Below, one piece after another: positions 18,481 through 26,535 of a stretch of 26,535 nt of DNA. The notes under the pieces were generated by a model. It saw nothing but the letters and a program-made list of their open reading frames with translations, did not search any database and was not told where the DNA came from. The translations under genes were made by a program, and so were the position numbers. Every line of letters starts with the position of its first letter. Position 1 is the first letter of the stretch. Origin of the DNA: Halalkalibacterium halodurans (GTDB lineage: Bacteria; Bacillota; Bacilli; Bacillales; Bacillaceae_D); the NCBI RefSeq assembly GCF_004376175.1, contig NZ_SNUY01000061.1, positions 1 through 26,535 on the forward strand, written 5' to 3'.

Positions 18481-19815
18481 TTATGCAGCTTGTTCTTTTT
18501 TTCTCACCGTCTTTTCATTTTCAAACATGCTCTTCGTTCCGTAGCTTACTTCCTTGTTCGGTAACACTAAGTGAAGAACAATCCCGATGATCGTCGCTAA
18601 CGCCATTCCTGGAATTTGGACATTTTCGTTTATCGGAACGAACGCACCGCCAATTCCGATGACGAGTATGACCGAGGAAATGATCAAGTTTCGTTTTTCT
18701 CCGAGCTGAATCTCGTTGTCAATCAACATCCGCAGTCCAGAGGAAGCGATGACCCCGAATAAGAGGATCGACACCCCTCCCATAACGGCTTGTGGAATCG
18801 TGGAAATGAGAGCTGAAATTTTGCCGCTAAATCCGAACATAATCGCGAGCAAAGCCGCACCTCCGATCACGAATACGCTAAACACACGAGTGATGGCGAT
18901 GACGCCGATGTTTTCCCCGTACGTCGTGTTCGGTGGTCCTCCAAGAAAGGAAGCGATCATTGTCGCAACCCCATCCCCTGCAAGGGAGCGATGCAATCCT
19001 GGCTTCTCTAAAAAGTTTTTCCCAGCAACTTTACTTAACACCATTTGATCCCCGATATGCTCTGCTAAGGTGACGGCGGCAATCGGCACCATAATCGCAA
19101 GCACGGTCCATTCAACCGTCGGTGTATAGGTGACGAATGGCACGATAAAGTCTGGAGCCACTAACCATTTCGCCTCATACACCGCTTGAAAGTCAATCAA
19201 GCCGACGAATAACGCGGTAACATAGCCACCTGCGATTCCAAACATCATTGGAACAAGTCCGAAAAATCCTTTAAAGAAAACAGCTGCAACGATTGTGATC
19301 AGCAATGTAATCATCGCCACTAGCATAAACGTACCGTTAAACACTTGTACCCCCTGTTCGATTGTCTCCATCATCGCCATATCGATCGCAACGCCAGCTA
19401 AGCCGAGACCAATCACCATAATGACTGGTCCAACGACGATCGGCGGCAAGACCGTCATCAGCCATTTTCTTCCTACGACTTTGATCAGTAGGGCGGCTAC
19501 TCCGTATACGAGACCGACGAAAAAGCTCCCGACCATCGCCGCCTCCGGTCCGCCAAACGCTGTCACTGCAATGATCGGAGTGATAAAAGCAAACGATGAT
19601 CCAAGATACGCCGGCACCTGTCCTTTCGTAATTAGCAAGTAGGCAAGGGTTCCGAGCCCACTTGAAATTAAGGCCACTGCTGGACTTAAGTCGACCAATA
19701 GTGGTACGAGAATGGTCGCACCAAACATGGCGCATAGGTGTTGTAAGCTTAAGATTAGCCATTTATGTGGTTGGGGAACTTCACGAATGCCGATATCTCT
19801 TTGTTGTTTTGCCAT
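18481..19815 (-). CDS. pyrP: uracil permease (NCS2 family)
   Basis: Polytopic membrane protein at the pyrP position. I prefer ATG 19815 (MAKQQRDIGIREVP), preceded by AAGGAGGAG. The track start at 19908 lies inside the upstream attenuator. Confidence 0.92.
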   Translation of the reverse strand: MAKQQRDIGIREVPQPHKWLILSLQHLCAMFGATILVPLLVDLSPAVALISSGLGTLAYLLITKGQVPAYLGSSFAFITPIIAVTAFGGPEAAMVGSFFVGLVYGVAALLIKVVGRKWLMTVLPPIVVGPVIMVIGLGLAGVAIDMAMMETIEQGVQVFNGTFMLVAMITLLITIVAAVFFKGFFGLVPMMFGIAGGYVTALFVGLIDFQAVYEAKWLVAPDFIVPFVTYTPTVEWTVLAIMVPIAAVTLAEHIGDQMVLSKVAGKNFLEKPGLHRSLAGDGVATMIASFLGGPPNTTYGENIGVIAITRVFSVFVIGGAALLAIMFGFSGKISALISTIPQAVMGGVSILLFGVIASSGLRMLIDNEIQLGEKRNLIISSVILVIGIGGAFVPINENVQIPGMALATIIGIVLHLVLPNKEVSYGTKSMFENEKTVRKKEQAA

Positions 19816-19842
19816 TGTTTTCTCCTCCTTGGTTATGCAAAC

Positions 19843-19955
19843 AAAAAACCTCCTTGCCCATGACAAAGAGGTTACACTACTCCTGTAAAAAAGCACACAG
19901 GTGCCCAAGAAAGAGTGTACCTCTTAACAGCCTCACGGGACTGATTTAAAGAGGT
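19843..19955 (-). promoter_or_regulatory. pyr attenuator 2 (PyrR binding loop plus terminator) between pyrR and pyrP
   Basis: Read on the minus strand. CCTCTTTaaatcAGTCccgtgaGGCTgttAAGAGG (19919-19955) starts 3 nt after the pyrR stop. Terminator AACCTCTTTGtcatgggCAAGGAGGTT plus TTTTTGTTTG lies at 19843-19872. Confidence 0.8.
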
Positions 19956-19957
19956 GG

Positions 19958-20548
<591 letters not shown>

Positions 20549-20555
20549 TTAAAGT

Positions 20556-20669
20556 ATAAAAACCCTTCTGTCCAAAGGGCAGAAGGGTATACGTTACCTA
20601 AAGTCATGAAAACGACGAGCGGCGTTTTCGTGATTCCTTCTTAGCCTCACTGGACTAACATTAAAGGAG
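20556..20669 (-). promoter_or_regulatory. pyr attenuator 1 (PyrR binding loop plus terminator) in the pyrR leader
   Basis: Read on the minus strand. CCTTTaatgttAGTCcagtgaGGCTaaGAAGG (20633-20669) resembles the PyrR box consensus ARUCCAGAGAGGYU. Terminator ACCCTTCTGccctttggaCAGAAGGGT plus TTTTTA lies at 20556-20588. Confidence 0.8.
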
Positions 20670-20718
20670 CTTATTCAATTCTCGCTTGGTGCAATTATGA
20701 CAAAATACGACGACCGTG

Positions 20719-21636
20719 TCAACGGTTATTTTGCAATTGCCTGATGAGTTTTTTCATCTCTTCTGGCATTTCTACTTTAAAGCGCATAAATTCACCGGTA
20801 CGAGGATGCTCAAACCCTAATTTTTGTGCATGAAGCGCTTGTCCATCAATTGATAATGTTTTTTTCGGTCCATATTTTGGATCACCTGCAAGGGGAAAGC
20901 CAATGTATTTAAAATGGACCCTAATTTGGTGGGTTCTCCCTGTTTCCAGTTGACATTCAACAAAGGTAAAATCACCAAATCGCTCAAGGACGGTAAAATG
21001 GGTTACTGCATCGCGGCTGTTTTCTTCTGTCACTGTCATGCTTTGTCGATCTACCTTATCCCGGCCGATTGGCGCATCAATCGTCCCATGATCATGGGGA
21101 ATGTTGCCGTGAACGATTGCTTGGTACACCCGTTCGGTCGTTTTTGCTTTTAATTGGTTCACTAACGATTCATGGGCTCTGTCATTTTTTGCGATCATTA
21201 ACAGCCCTGATGTATCTTTATCGATCCGGTGTACAATCCCTGGACGAACCACGCCATTGATCGACGAAAGATCGTTACAATGATACATGAGGGCATTGAC
21301 AAGCGTTCCTGTCGTGTGTCCAGGTGCCGGATGAACGACCATCCCTCGCGGCTTATTCACAACCGCTACGTCCTCATCTTCATAAATGATCTCAATCGGA
21401 ATATTTTCAGGAACCACTTCTAATACTTCTGGTTCTGGCACAAAAAGCTCTAGCGTATCGCCAGTTTCCACCTTGTAGTTCGATTTGATCGTTCGACCAT
21501 TAATTAACACATGGCCATCTTTAATCCACTGTTGTACTTGTGTTCTTGACCATTCTTCCCCTTGAGCAGTTAAAAACTTATCGATCCGCTCCCCTTGTTG
21601 CTGTTCCGAAATGGTCCACGTCAATTGCTCACTCAT
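20719..21636 (-). CDS. rluD: 23S rRNA pseudouridine synthase, RluA/RluD family (YlyB position)
   Basis: 305 aa with an N-terminal S4-like domain, the catalytic [11 protein letters not shown] motif and [13 protein letters not shown] overlap with the lspA stop. Confidence 0.9.
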   Translation of the reverse strand: MSEQLTWTISEQQQGERIDKFLTAQGEEWSRTQVQQWIKDGHVLINGRTIKSNYKVETGDTLELFVPEPEVLEVVPENIPIEIIYEDEDVAVVNKPRGMVVHPAPGHTTGTLVNALMYHCNDLSSINGVVRPGIVHRIDKDTSGLLMIAKNDRAHESLVNQLKAKTTERVYQAIVHGNIPHDHGTIDAPIGRDKVDRQSMTVTEENSRDAVTHFTVLERFGDFTFVECQLETGRTHQIRVHFKYIGFPLAGDPKYGPKKTLSIDGQALHAQKLGFEHPRTGEFMRFKVEMPEEMKKLIRQLQNNR

Positions 21637-22103
21637 GCATTCTTCTCCTTTTTTGCCTTTCGTTCGTCACGAATCATTTTCAAAAATAAAATGCCAACCC
21701 CGACGCAAAGCGCGGAGTCTGCCACGTTGAATATGGGGAAGTTGTATGTAAAAATGTACGTATTGACAAAATCAACCACTTCCCCACGAAAGATGCGGTC
21801 GATAAAATTACCGATAGCGCCCCCTAAAATCAGAGCTAAGGCCGTCGCAAATACACGATCATGCTTGGCCTCTTTTTCCATGTAATAAACAATCCCAATC
21901 ACTACAATGGACGTAATGATGTAGAATAGCCACATTTGTCCTTCTAAAATCCCGAATGCTGCTCCTTTGTTTCGATGGGATGTTAAGTAAAGTACAGAAT
22001 CAATTAACGGGATGCTTTCTCCAATTTCCATATGGCGAACGACTAGCCACTTTGTCCATTGATCCAGCAAAATAATCACTAACGCAACAATGTAATAAAT
22101 CAA
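21633..22103 (-). CDS. lspA: lipoprotein signal peptidase (signal peptidase II)
   Basis: 156 aa with four hydrophobic spans, NKGAAFG and the FNVADS catalytic Asp motifs. TTG start 7 nt after GGAGGA. Confidence 0.93.
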   Translation of the reverse strand: MIYYIVALVIILLDQWTKWLVVRHMEIGESIPLIDSVLYLTSHRNKGAAFGILEGQMWLFYIITSIVVIGIVYYMEKEAKHDRVFATALALILGGAIGNFIDRIFRGEVVDFVNTYIFTYNFPIFNVADSALCVGVGILFLKMIRDERKAKKEKNA

Positions 22104-22143
22104 CGTCCAGTCCTCCGATCTCCTGCTTCATCTCTACGTTAGC

Positions 22144-22180
22144 ATTGTAGCACAAAAAGGAGGGGAATGTCCCTCCTTCA
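22144..22180 (-). promoter_or_regulatory. candidate promoter for lspA-rluD overlapping the upstream terminator
   Basis: Minus strand: TGcTACAAT extended -10 (plus-strand coordinates 22144-22152), with a weak -35 GGGACA 18 nt upstream inside the terminator loop. Confidence 0.35.
22153..22178 (-). terminator. intrinsic terminator after the YteA/YlyA-like gene
   Basis: Minus strand: AAGGAGGGacattcCCCTCCTT followed by TTTGTG. It begins 9 nt after the stop codon. Confidence 0.55.
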
Positions 22181-22186
22181 TCCTTC

Positions 22187-22849
22187 CTAACGCAAGTGAT
22201 TCATATACTGATCGTAATGAACATTTCGTTGAAACTGGACATTCTCTGCTCCACTATAGCCTTCGATCCCCGTCGACACAAATCCTTCAATTTCCTCCAC
22301 GTAGCCAATGAGCTCGTCCTCTTCATCCAAGGATGCATCTTCAAACACCATATCGAGTTCATTGAAGCGTCCGACGGCTTGATACGCATCCTCAGCGTCA
22401 AACTCGGTTTCATCATCCGATTCATCAAAGTTGTACCGATCAAACGACTCCAGCACATCCTCCTCCACCGGTCTGTTGGCTGGAAGTTGGCCATTTCCAT
22501 AGGCAACGGTCGTCCTTGCCGTTGGATTCGCCTCTAAACGCTCATATGGAATTTGTTCCCCCGTTCTTTCACAGATTCCATATGTTCCATTTTCCATTCG
22601 ATCTAAGGCTTGTTTAATCTCTTCATACTCTCGACTCATCTGTTCGTAGAGGGCGATGTCTTTCTCTCGCTCGTAAAGATCGGTCGCCGTATCGGCCGGG
22701 TGATTATCGTACTGCGACAGCTCTCCTGTCGATCCAGAGAGCGTGCCTTTTTCCTCTTGCATTCCTAGCTCGCCCGACTGCTTGAGGCGCTGTTCAAGAG
22801 CGGCTTTTCTCTCTGTTAAGCGCTCCCGTAGTTCCGCGTATTGTTGCAT
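22187..22849 (-). CDS. YteA/YlyA-like DksA/TraR-family protein (sporulation-associated family)
   Basis: 220 aa with an N-terminal coiled-coil, the motif SQYDNHPADTATDLYEREKD typical of the yteA family, and a C-terminal acidic tail. It sits between ileS and lspA, where B. subtilis has ylyA. RBS GGGGAGGAG lies upstream. Confidence 0.75.
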   Translation of the reverse strand: MQQYAELRERLTERKAALEQRLKQSGELGMQEEKGTLSGSTGELSQYDNHPADTATDLYEREKDIALYEQMSREYEEIKQALDRMENGTYGICERTGEQIPYERLEANPTARTTVAYGNGQLPANRPVEEDVLESFDRYNFDESDDETEFDAEDAYQAVGRFNELDMVFEDASLDEEDELIGYVEEIEGFVSTGIEGYSGAENVQFQRNVHYDQYMNHLR

Positions 22850-22917
22850 GCTCTCCTCCCCTTTTTCAGCGCATCGTTAGACGATCATGTCCACTTTTAA
22901 GCGGTCAGTTTCCCAAA

Positions 22918-23020
22918 GCACGCCTCCCTGCGGCATCGGCTGTATTAGCACGTCCTGTGCGTCCACTGCCTATAGCGCCACGTCCTGTGGCATCGGCTGT
23001 ATTAGCACGTCCTGTGCGTC
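22918..23020. repeat. intergenic tandem repeat (57-bp period, perfect 32-bp core in two copies, built from GCACGTCCTGTGC mini-palindromes)
   Basis: GGCATCGGCTGTATTAGCACGTCCTGTGCGTC occurs at 22932-22963 and again at 22989-23020. The submotif (G/C)CACGTCCTGTG occurs at 22948, 22978 and 23005, with a degenerate copy at 22918. Confidence 0.85.
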
Positions 23021-23206
23021 AAAAAACTACAGATTGTAGCTTTTCATTTGTAGTCTGTCCTTAAAAAGGTGACGATAGCCCGAGCAACATTTGTCAAGAG
23101 TTTTCAAGCATGCAAAAACGATGATCCTGTATAATTTTTTAAATTTTAGTTGCATAAGGTCATTATTCGTTTGCCATTATAGATGCTAGAACTTTAAATC
23201 CCCAAA

Positions 23207-23240
23207 CAAAAAAACGAGGTCAATGACCTCGTTTTTTTGT
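23207..23240. terminator. bidirectional intrinsic terminator directly after ileS
   Basis: CGAGGTC (23215-23221), loop AAT, GACCTCG (23225-23231), flanked by A7 and T7 runs. It ends 5 nt from the ileS stop codon. Confidence 0.8.
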
Positions 23241-23244
23241 TTGA

Positions 23245-26010
23245 TTATTTTGTTACATAATACGTCGCCACTGTCTCCGCACAATCCGCACAAAGGGTCG
23301 GATGCTCGTTGTTTGTACCGACCGTTGGGCTCACAACCCAACAACGTTCACACGTTTCGCCTGCTGCTTTTTCAACAACGATCGCTAAATCGCCATATGA
23401 CTCGGCTTCTTTTGGCGCATCCGCGACAGAGCCAGCCACTTTTACAGCGGACACGATGAACAACTTATCTAACGGCCCAAGCTCTTCTAAAAGCTGGCGG
23501 ACGTCACCATCAGCGTAAAGCGTAATGGCCGCCGTTAAAGATTTGCCGATCACCTTTTCATTTCGCGCATTTTCAAGTGCCTTTAGAACATCGTCACGAA
23601 CGTTGATAAACGCATCCCATTTTTGTTTTAATTCACTCATGTCCCCAAGCTCGATCGGTTCTGGCATATCCGTCAGCTGGACACTCTCCTCTTCAACACC
23701 TGGGATATGTTTCCACACTTCATCCGCCGTATGGGGGATAATTGGGGACAAGAGTTTGGCCAACGCTACGAGCACATCATACATGACCGTTTGCGTAGCT
23801 CTTCGATCCGGATGGTCAGCATGCTTCACATAGAGGGTATCTTTCGCAATATCCATATAGAACGAGCTTAACTCAATCGTACAGAAGTTGTGGAGCTCGT
23901 GATATACGGTTGAGAACTGGTACTCGTCGTATGCCTTTTTCACACGATTGATGACATCGTTTAATTTTGCAAGCATGTAGCGATCAAGTCCGTTTAACTG
24001 ATCAATGGCCACACGGTGCGTTGCTGGATGAAAATCGTGTAAGTTTCCAAGCAGGAAACGATAGGTGTTGCGAATTTTCCGATATACTTCCGATACTTGC
24101 TTCAAAATTTTATCCGATACGCGTACATCTGCTTGATAGTCGACAGATGCGACCCAAAGGCGTAAAATATCGGCTCCAAGCTGTTTCATTACATCATTCG
24201 GAATGACGACATTTCCGAGTGATTTACTCATTTTCTTTCCTTCACCATCAAGGGTAAAGCCATGGCTTAACACCCCTTTGTAAGGTGCTTTTCCTGTGAT
24301 CGCTACACTTGTTGATAACGATGAGTTGAACCAACCGCGATACTGGTCTGAGCCTTCTAAATAAAGATCCGCAGGTCGATCTAACTCCTCACGCTCTACA
24401 AGCACCCCTTGATGGCTAGAGCCAGAATCGAACCAAACGTCCATAATATCCATTTCTCGTGTGAATTGACCATTCGGACTTGATTCATGGGTAAATCCTT
24501 CTGGAAGTAAATCTTTCGTCTCCCATTCAAACCAAACATTTGATCCGTGCTTTCTAAATAGCTCTGATACGTGGTTGATCGTTTCATCCGTAATGATCGG
24601 TTCTCCATTCTCTCCATAGAAAATCGGAATCGGCACACCCCATACGCGTTGACGTGAAATACACCAATCACCGCGGTCACGTACCATGTTGTAGAGGCGC
24701 GTTTCCCCCCACTCTGGAACCCACTTCACTTCCTGAATCGCTCTCAACAATTCGTCACGGAAGTTTTCAATCGATGCGAACCACTGAGCCGTCGCCCGGT
24801 AAATGACCGGCTTTTTTGTCCGCCAGTCATGGGCATAAGAGTGGGTGATAAACGTTAGCTTTAGGAGCGCACCGCACTCATCTAACTTTTGCGTGATCGG
24901 TTTGTTCGCTTCGTCATAAAATAATCCTTCAAAGCCAGGTGCTTCAGCGGTCATGTACCCTTTGTCATCAACTGGACATAACACGTCTAAACCGTACTTT
25001 TGGCCGACAATGTAGTCTTCTTCCCCGTGTCCAGGCGCTGTATGGACGCATCCTGTACCGGCATCTAACGTGACATGATCCCCTAAAACAACCAAGGAAT
25101 CTCGGCCGTAAATCGGATGTTCAGCGACGACGTATTCTAAATCTACCCCTTTGATCGTTCGCAAGATTTCTGGATTTTCCCATTCAAGAGCGGATTCGAG
25201 TGTTTCCACAAGTCCTGACGCGACGACGTATTTTTCGCCTTTCACAGCGACAACGCTATATTCAAGTTCAGGATGAACGGCAATTCCTAAGTTTGCTGGG
25301 ATCGTCCACGGAGTTGTCGTCCAGATGACGATTTTTTCATCTTGTTGTAATACGTTCTTTCCATCTTTCACTGGGAAAGCTACGTAAATCGACGGTGAGC
25401 GTTTGTCATGATATTCGATTTCCGCTTCCGCTAACGCTGATTCTGACGATGGTGACCAGTAGACAGGCTTTTTTCCTTTATAAATGTAGCCTTTTTTCGC
25501 CATCTCCCCGAACACTTTTACTTGCTGGGCTTCAAAGCCTTTATCTAAAGTGACGTAAGGGTTCCACCAGTCCCCGCGCACACCTAATCGCATAAATTGT
25601 TCACGTTGGCGGTCAATTTGCTTCCGTGCAAATTCTTCACAAAGCTTACGGAACTCGGCGACACTCATCGATTTGCGATCAACACCAGATTTCGTTAACG
25701 CTTGCTCAATCGGCAGGCCGTGGGTGTCCCACCCTGGAACATACGGAGCATGAAAACCTGCCATGGACTTATAGCGAACAATCATATCCTTTAAAACCTT
25801 ATTCAGTGCATGCCCCATATGGATGTCACCATTGGCATAAGGTGGTCCATCATGAAGCACAAACAGTGGACGACCTTTCGTCCGTGCTTGCACCTTCTCA
25901 TAAATATTCATATCTTTCCATTCTTCCTGCATTTGCGGCTCACGGTTTGGCAAATTTCCCCGCATCGGGAAATCCGTTTTTGGCATGAGCAATGTTTCTT
26001 TAAAATCCAT
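23245..26010 (-). CDS. ileS: isoleucine--tRNA ligase
   Basis: Class I signatures [11 protein letters not shown] and KMSKS, plus C-terminal zinc-type CERCW...CADC. I prefer ATG 26010 ([21 protein letters not shown]), 7 nt after GGAGG, giving 921 aa. The track start at 26016 is only 1 nt from the RBS. Confidence 0.97.
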   Translation of the reverse strand: MDFKETLLMPKTDFPMRGNLPNREPQMQEEWKDMNIYEKVQARTKGRPLFVLHDGPPYANGDIHMGHALNKVLKDMIVRYKSMAGFHAPYVPGWDTHGLPIEQALTKSGVDRKSMSVAEFRKLCEEFARKQIDRQREQFMRLGVRGDWWNPYVTLDKGFEAQQVKVFGEMAKKGYIYKGKKPVYWSPSSESALAEAEIEYHDKRSPSIYVAFPVKDGKNVLQQDEKIVIWTTTPWTIPANLGIAVHPELEYSVVAVKGEKYVVASGLVETLESALEWENPEILRTIKGVDLEYVVAEHPIYGRDSLVVLGDHVTLDAGTGCVHTAPGHGEEDYIVGQKYGLDVLCPVDDKGYMTAEAPGFEGLFYDEANKPITQKLDECGALLKLTFITHSYAHDWRTKKPVIYRATAQWFASIENFRDELLRAIQEVKWVPEWGETRLYNMVRDRGDWCISRQRVWGVPIPIFYGENGEPIITDETINHVSELFRKHGSNVWFEWETKDLLPEGFTHESSPNGQFTREMDIMDVWFDSGSSHQGVLVEREELDRPADLYLEGSDQYRGWFNSSLSTSVAITGKAPYKGVLSHGFTLDGEGKKMSKSLGNVVIPNDVMKQLGADILRLWVASVDYQADVRVSDKILKQVSEVYRKIRNTYRFLLGNLHDFHPATHRVAIDQLNGLDRYMLAKLNDVINRVKKAYDEYQFSTVYHELHNFCTIELSSFYMDIAKDTLYVKHADHPDRRATQTVMYDVLVALAKLLSPIIPHTADEVWKHIPGVEEESVQLTDMPEPIELGDMSELKQKWDAFINVRDDVLKALENARNEKVIGKSLTAAITLYADGDVRQLLEELGPLDKLFIVSAVKVAGSVADAPKEAESYGDLAIVVEKAAGETCERCWVVSPTVGTNNEHPTLCADCAETVATYYVTK

Positions 26011-26016
26011 TTCCAT

Positions 26017-26358
26017 TCCTCCTAATGATTTGCAACTCCATTACAGCCAGCCTTGTGGCGGAAATGATTGTTTTCAATGGAACAAATAAAAACCTCCCCA
26101 TCCCCATTAGGGACGAGAAGGTATTCCCGCGGTACCACCCTAGTGAACAAACGACATTCTTTGCTTGTTCCCTCGTGTCATTGTTAACAGGCATGACCTG
26201 TTGCAGCCTACTGAATCAACGATCGTTCGGTGCAAAAACTAAAGGGTGATTTTCCACATTCACGTTCCATCAGGCTTCCACCATCCCTGACTCGCTTTTG
26301 GAAGGGGTGACGTGTACTGTCCCTCTCATCGTCCATTGTATGTTCGCTTTTTTAATTA
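26017..26358 (-). promoter_or_regulatory. T-box riboswitch leader, isoleucine-specific
   Basis: Read on the minus strand: stem I start GAUGAGAGGGACAGUA; specifier loop GGAAAAUCACCC with the AUC Ile codon (26250..26248); T-box sequence AGGGUGGUACCGCGGG (26141..26126); terminator CCUUCUCGUCCC/GGGGAUGGGGAGG plus UUUUUAUUU (26084-26121). Confidence 0.88.
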
Positions 26359-26364
26359 AAATTC

Positions 26365-26393
26365 ATTATATGCGAGAGCTAAAAAGAACGCAA
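26365..26393 (-). promoter_or_regulatory. candidate sigma-A promoter of the ileS T-box leader
   Basis: Minus strand: TTGCGT, a 17-nt spacer, then TATAAT (plus-strand coordinates 26365-26370). Confidence 0.55.
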
Positions 26394-26535
26394 GTAGATC
26401 TAAGCTGCTGATTGTGTCAACCTTTTGTGGGAGGAGTATTTTCCATCCTCATATGTGTAAGCGAATTCAGGATTTTAGGGTTCTCCTCGTTGAGAATCTT
26501 ATGGTTTTTAAAAGCCTTTCAAGTCTTTCAGTGCT

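Noticed and set aside
19816-19908. N-terminal extensions offered by the ORF track (pyrP 19908; likewise carA 16104, pyrC 17336, pyrE 9326, ileS 26016, methyltransferase 8678)
   Set aside because: The extensions run into attenuators or upstream genes, lack an RBS, and are absent from B. subtilis homologues as I remember them. The downstream ATGs have strong, well-spaced RBSs.
22964-22990. ATAGCGCCACGTCCTGT resembles the ATAGCG-NN-CCTGT boxes of the formate-locus leaders
   Set aside because: The spacing between AGCG and CCTGT is 5 nt here (and the AGCA-CGT-CCTGT variants have 3 nt) instead of 2. The strand context differs relative to transcription, and there is no adjacent GGCTAA or terminator. 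It is probably chance similarity.
22932-23020. CRISPR-like appearance of two identical 32-bp repeats
   Set aside because: There are only two copies separated by 25 bp, the spacer itself is related to the repeat, and there are no cas genes. It is a tandem duplication, not a CRISPR array.
23103-23240. Plus-strand TATAAT (23130-23135) followed about 80 nt later by the bidirectional terminator, suggesting a small RNA
   Set aside because: The best -35-like hexamer (TTCAAG) is 21 nt away, and the TG is not in extended -10 register. This is insufficient evidence without expression data.
26467-26535. Possible 3' end of an upstream minus-strand gene (divIVA expected by synteny)
   Set aside because: Only 8-22 codons are available, depending on frame. 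Neither resembles the DivIVA C-terminus as I recall it, so it cannot be supported.

Overview
This window looks like a Bacillaceae-type chromosomal segment and is mostly core genome. I see no defence island, CRISPR array, toxin-antitoxin pair or other new multi-gene system.

Minus strand, right to left, matches the Bacillus subtilis gene order:
- ileS behind an Ile T-box leader
- a YteA/YlyA-like DksA/TraR-family gene
- lspA and rluD
- the complete pyrimidine operon pyrR-pyrP-pyrB-pyrC-carA(pyrAA)-carB(pyrAB)-pyrK-pyrD-pyrF-pyrE, with three PyrR attenuators
- a class I SAM methyltransferase that follows pyrE with no terminator between them

The left 8 kb is the less conserved part:
- A plus-strand unit encodes an OFA-family MFS transporter, a DUF2294 protein and an FdhF/YdeP-family molybdopterin oxidoreductase. 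It converges on the methyltransferase at a shared terminator.
- fdhD-moaA is divergent from that unit.
- Further left are about 550 bp of AT-rich sequence with no credible ORF, a small membrane ORF, and the 5' part of an IS1380-family transposase gene that runs off the left edge.

The most interesting signal is cis-regulatory. Both the transporter gene and the molybdoenzyme gene are preceded by terminator-containing leaders with the same architecture: two AGCG-NN-CCTGT boxes 65-68 nt apart, then GGCTAA, then an AACCG-initiated terminator stem. I cannot match this to any riboswitch or attenuator class I know.

All calls come from reading the sequence and ORF track, with no database search. I moved several ORF-track starts to downstream start codons with good ribosome-binding sites.
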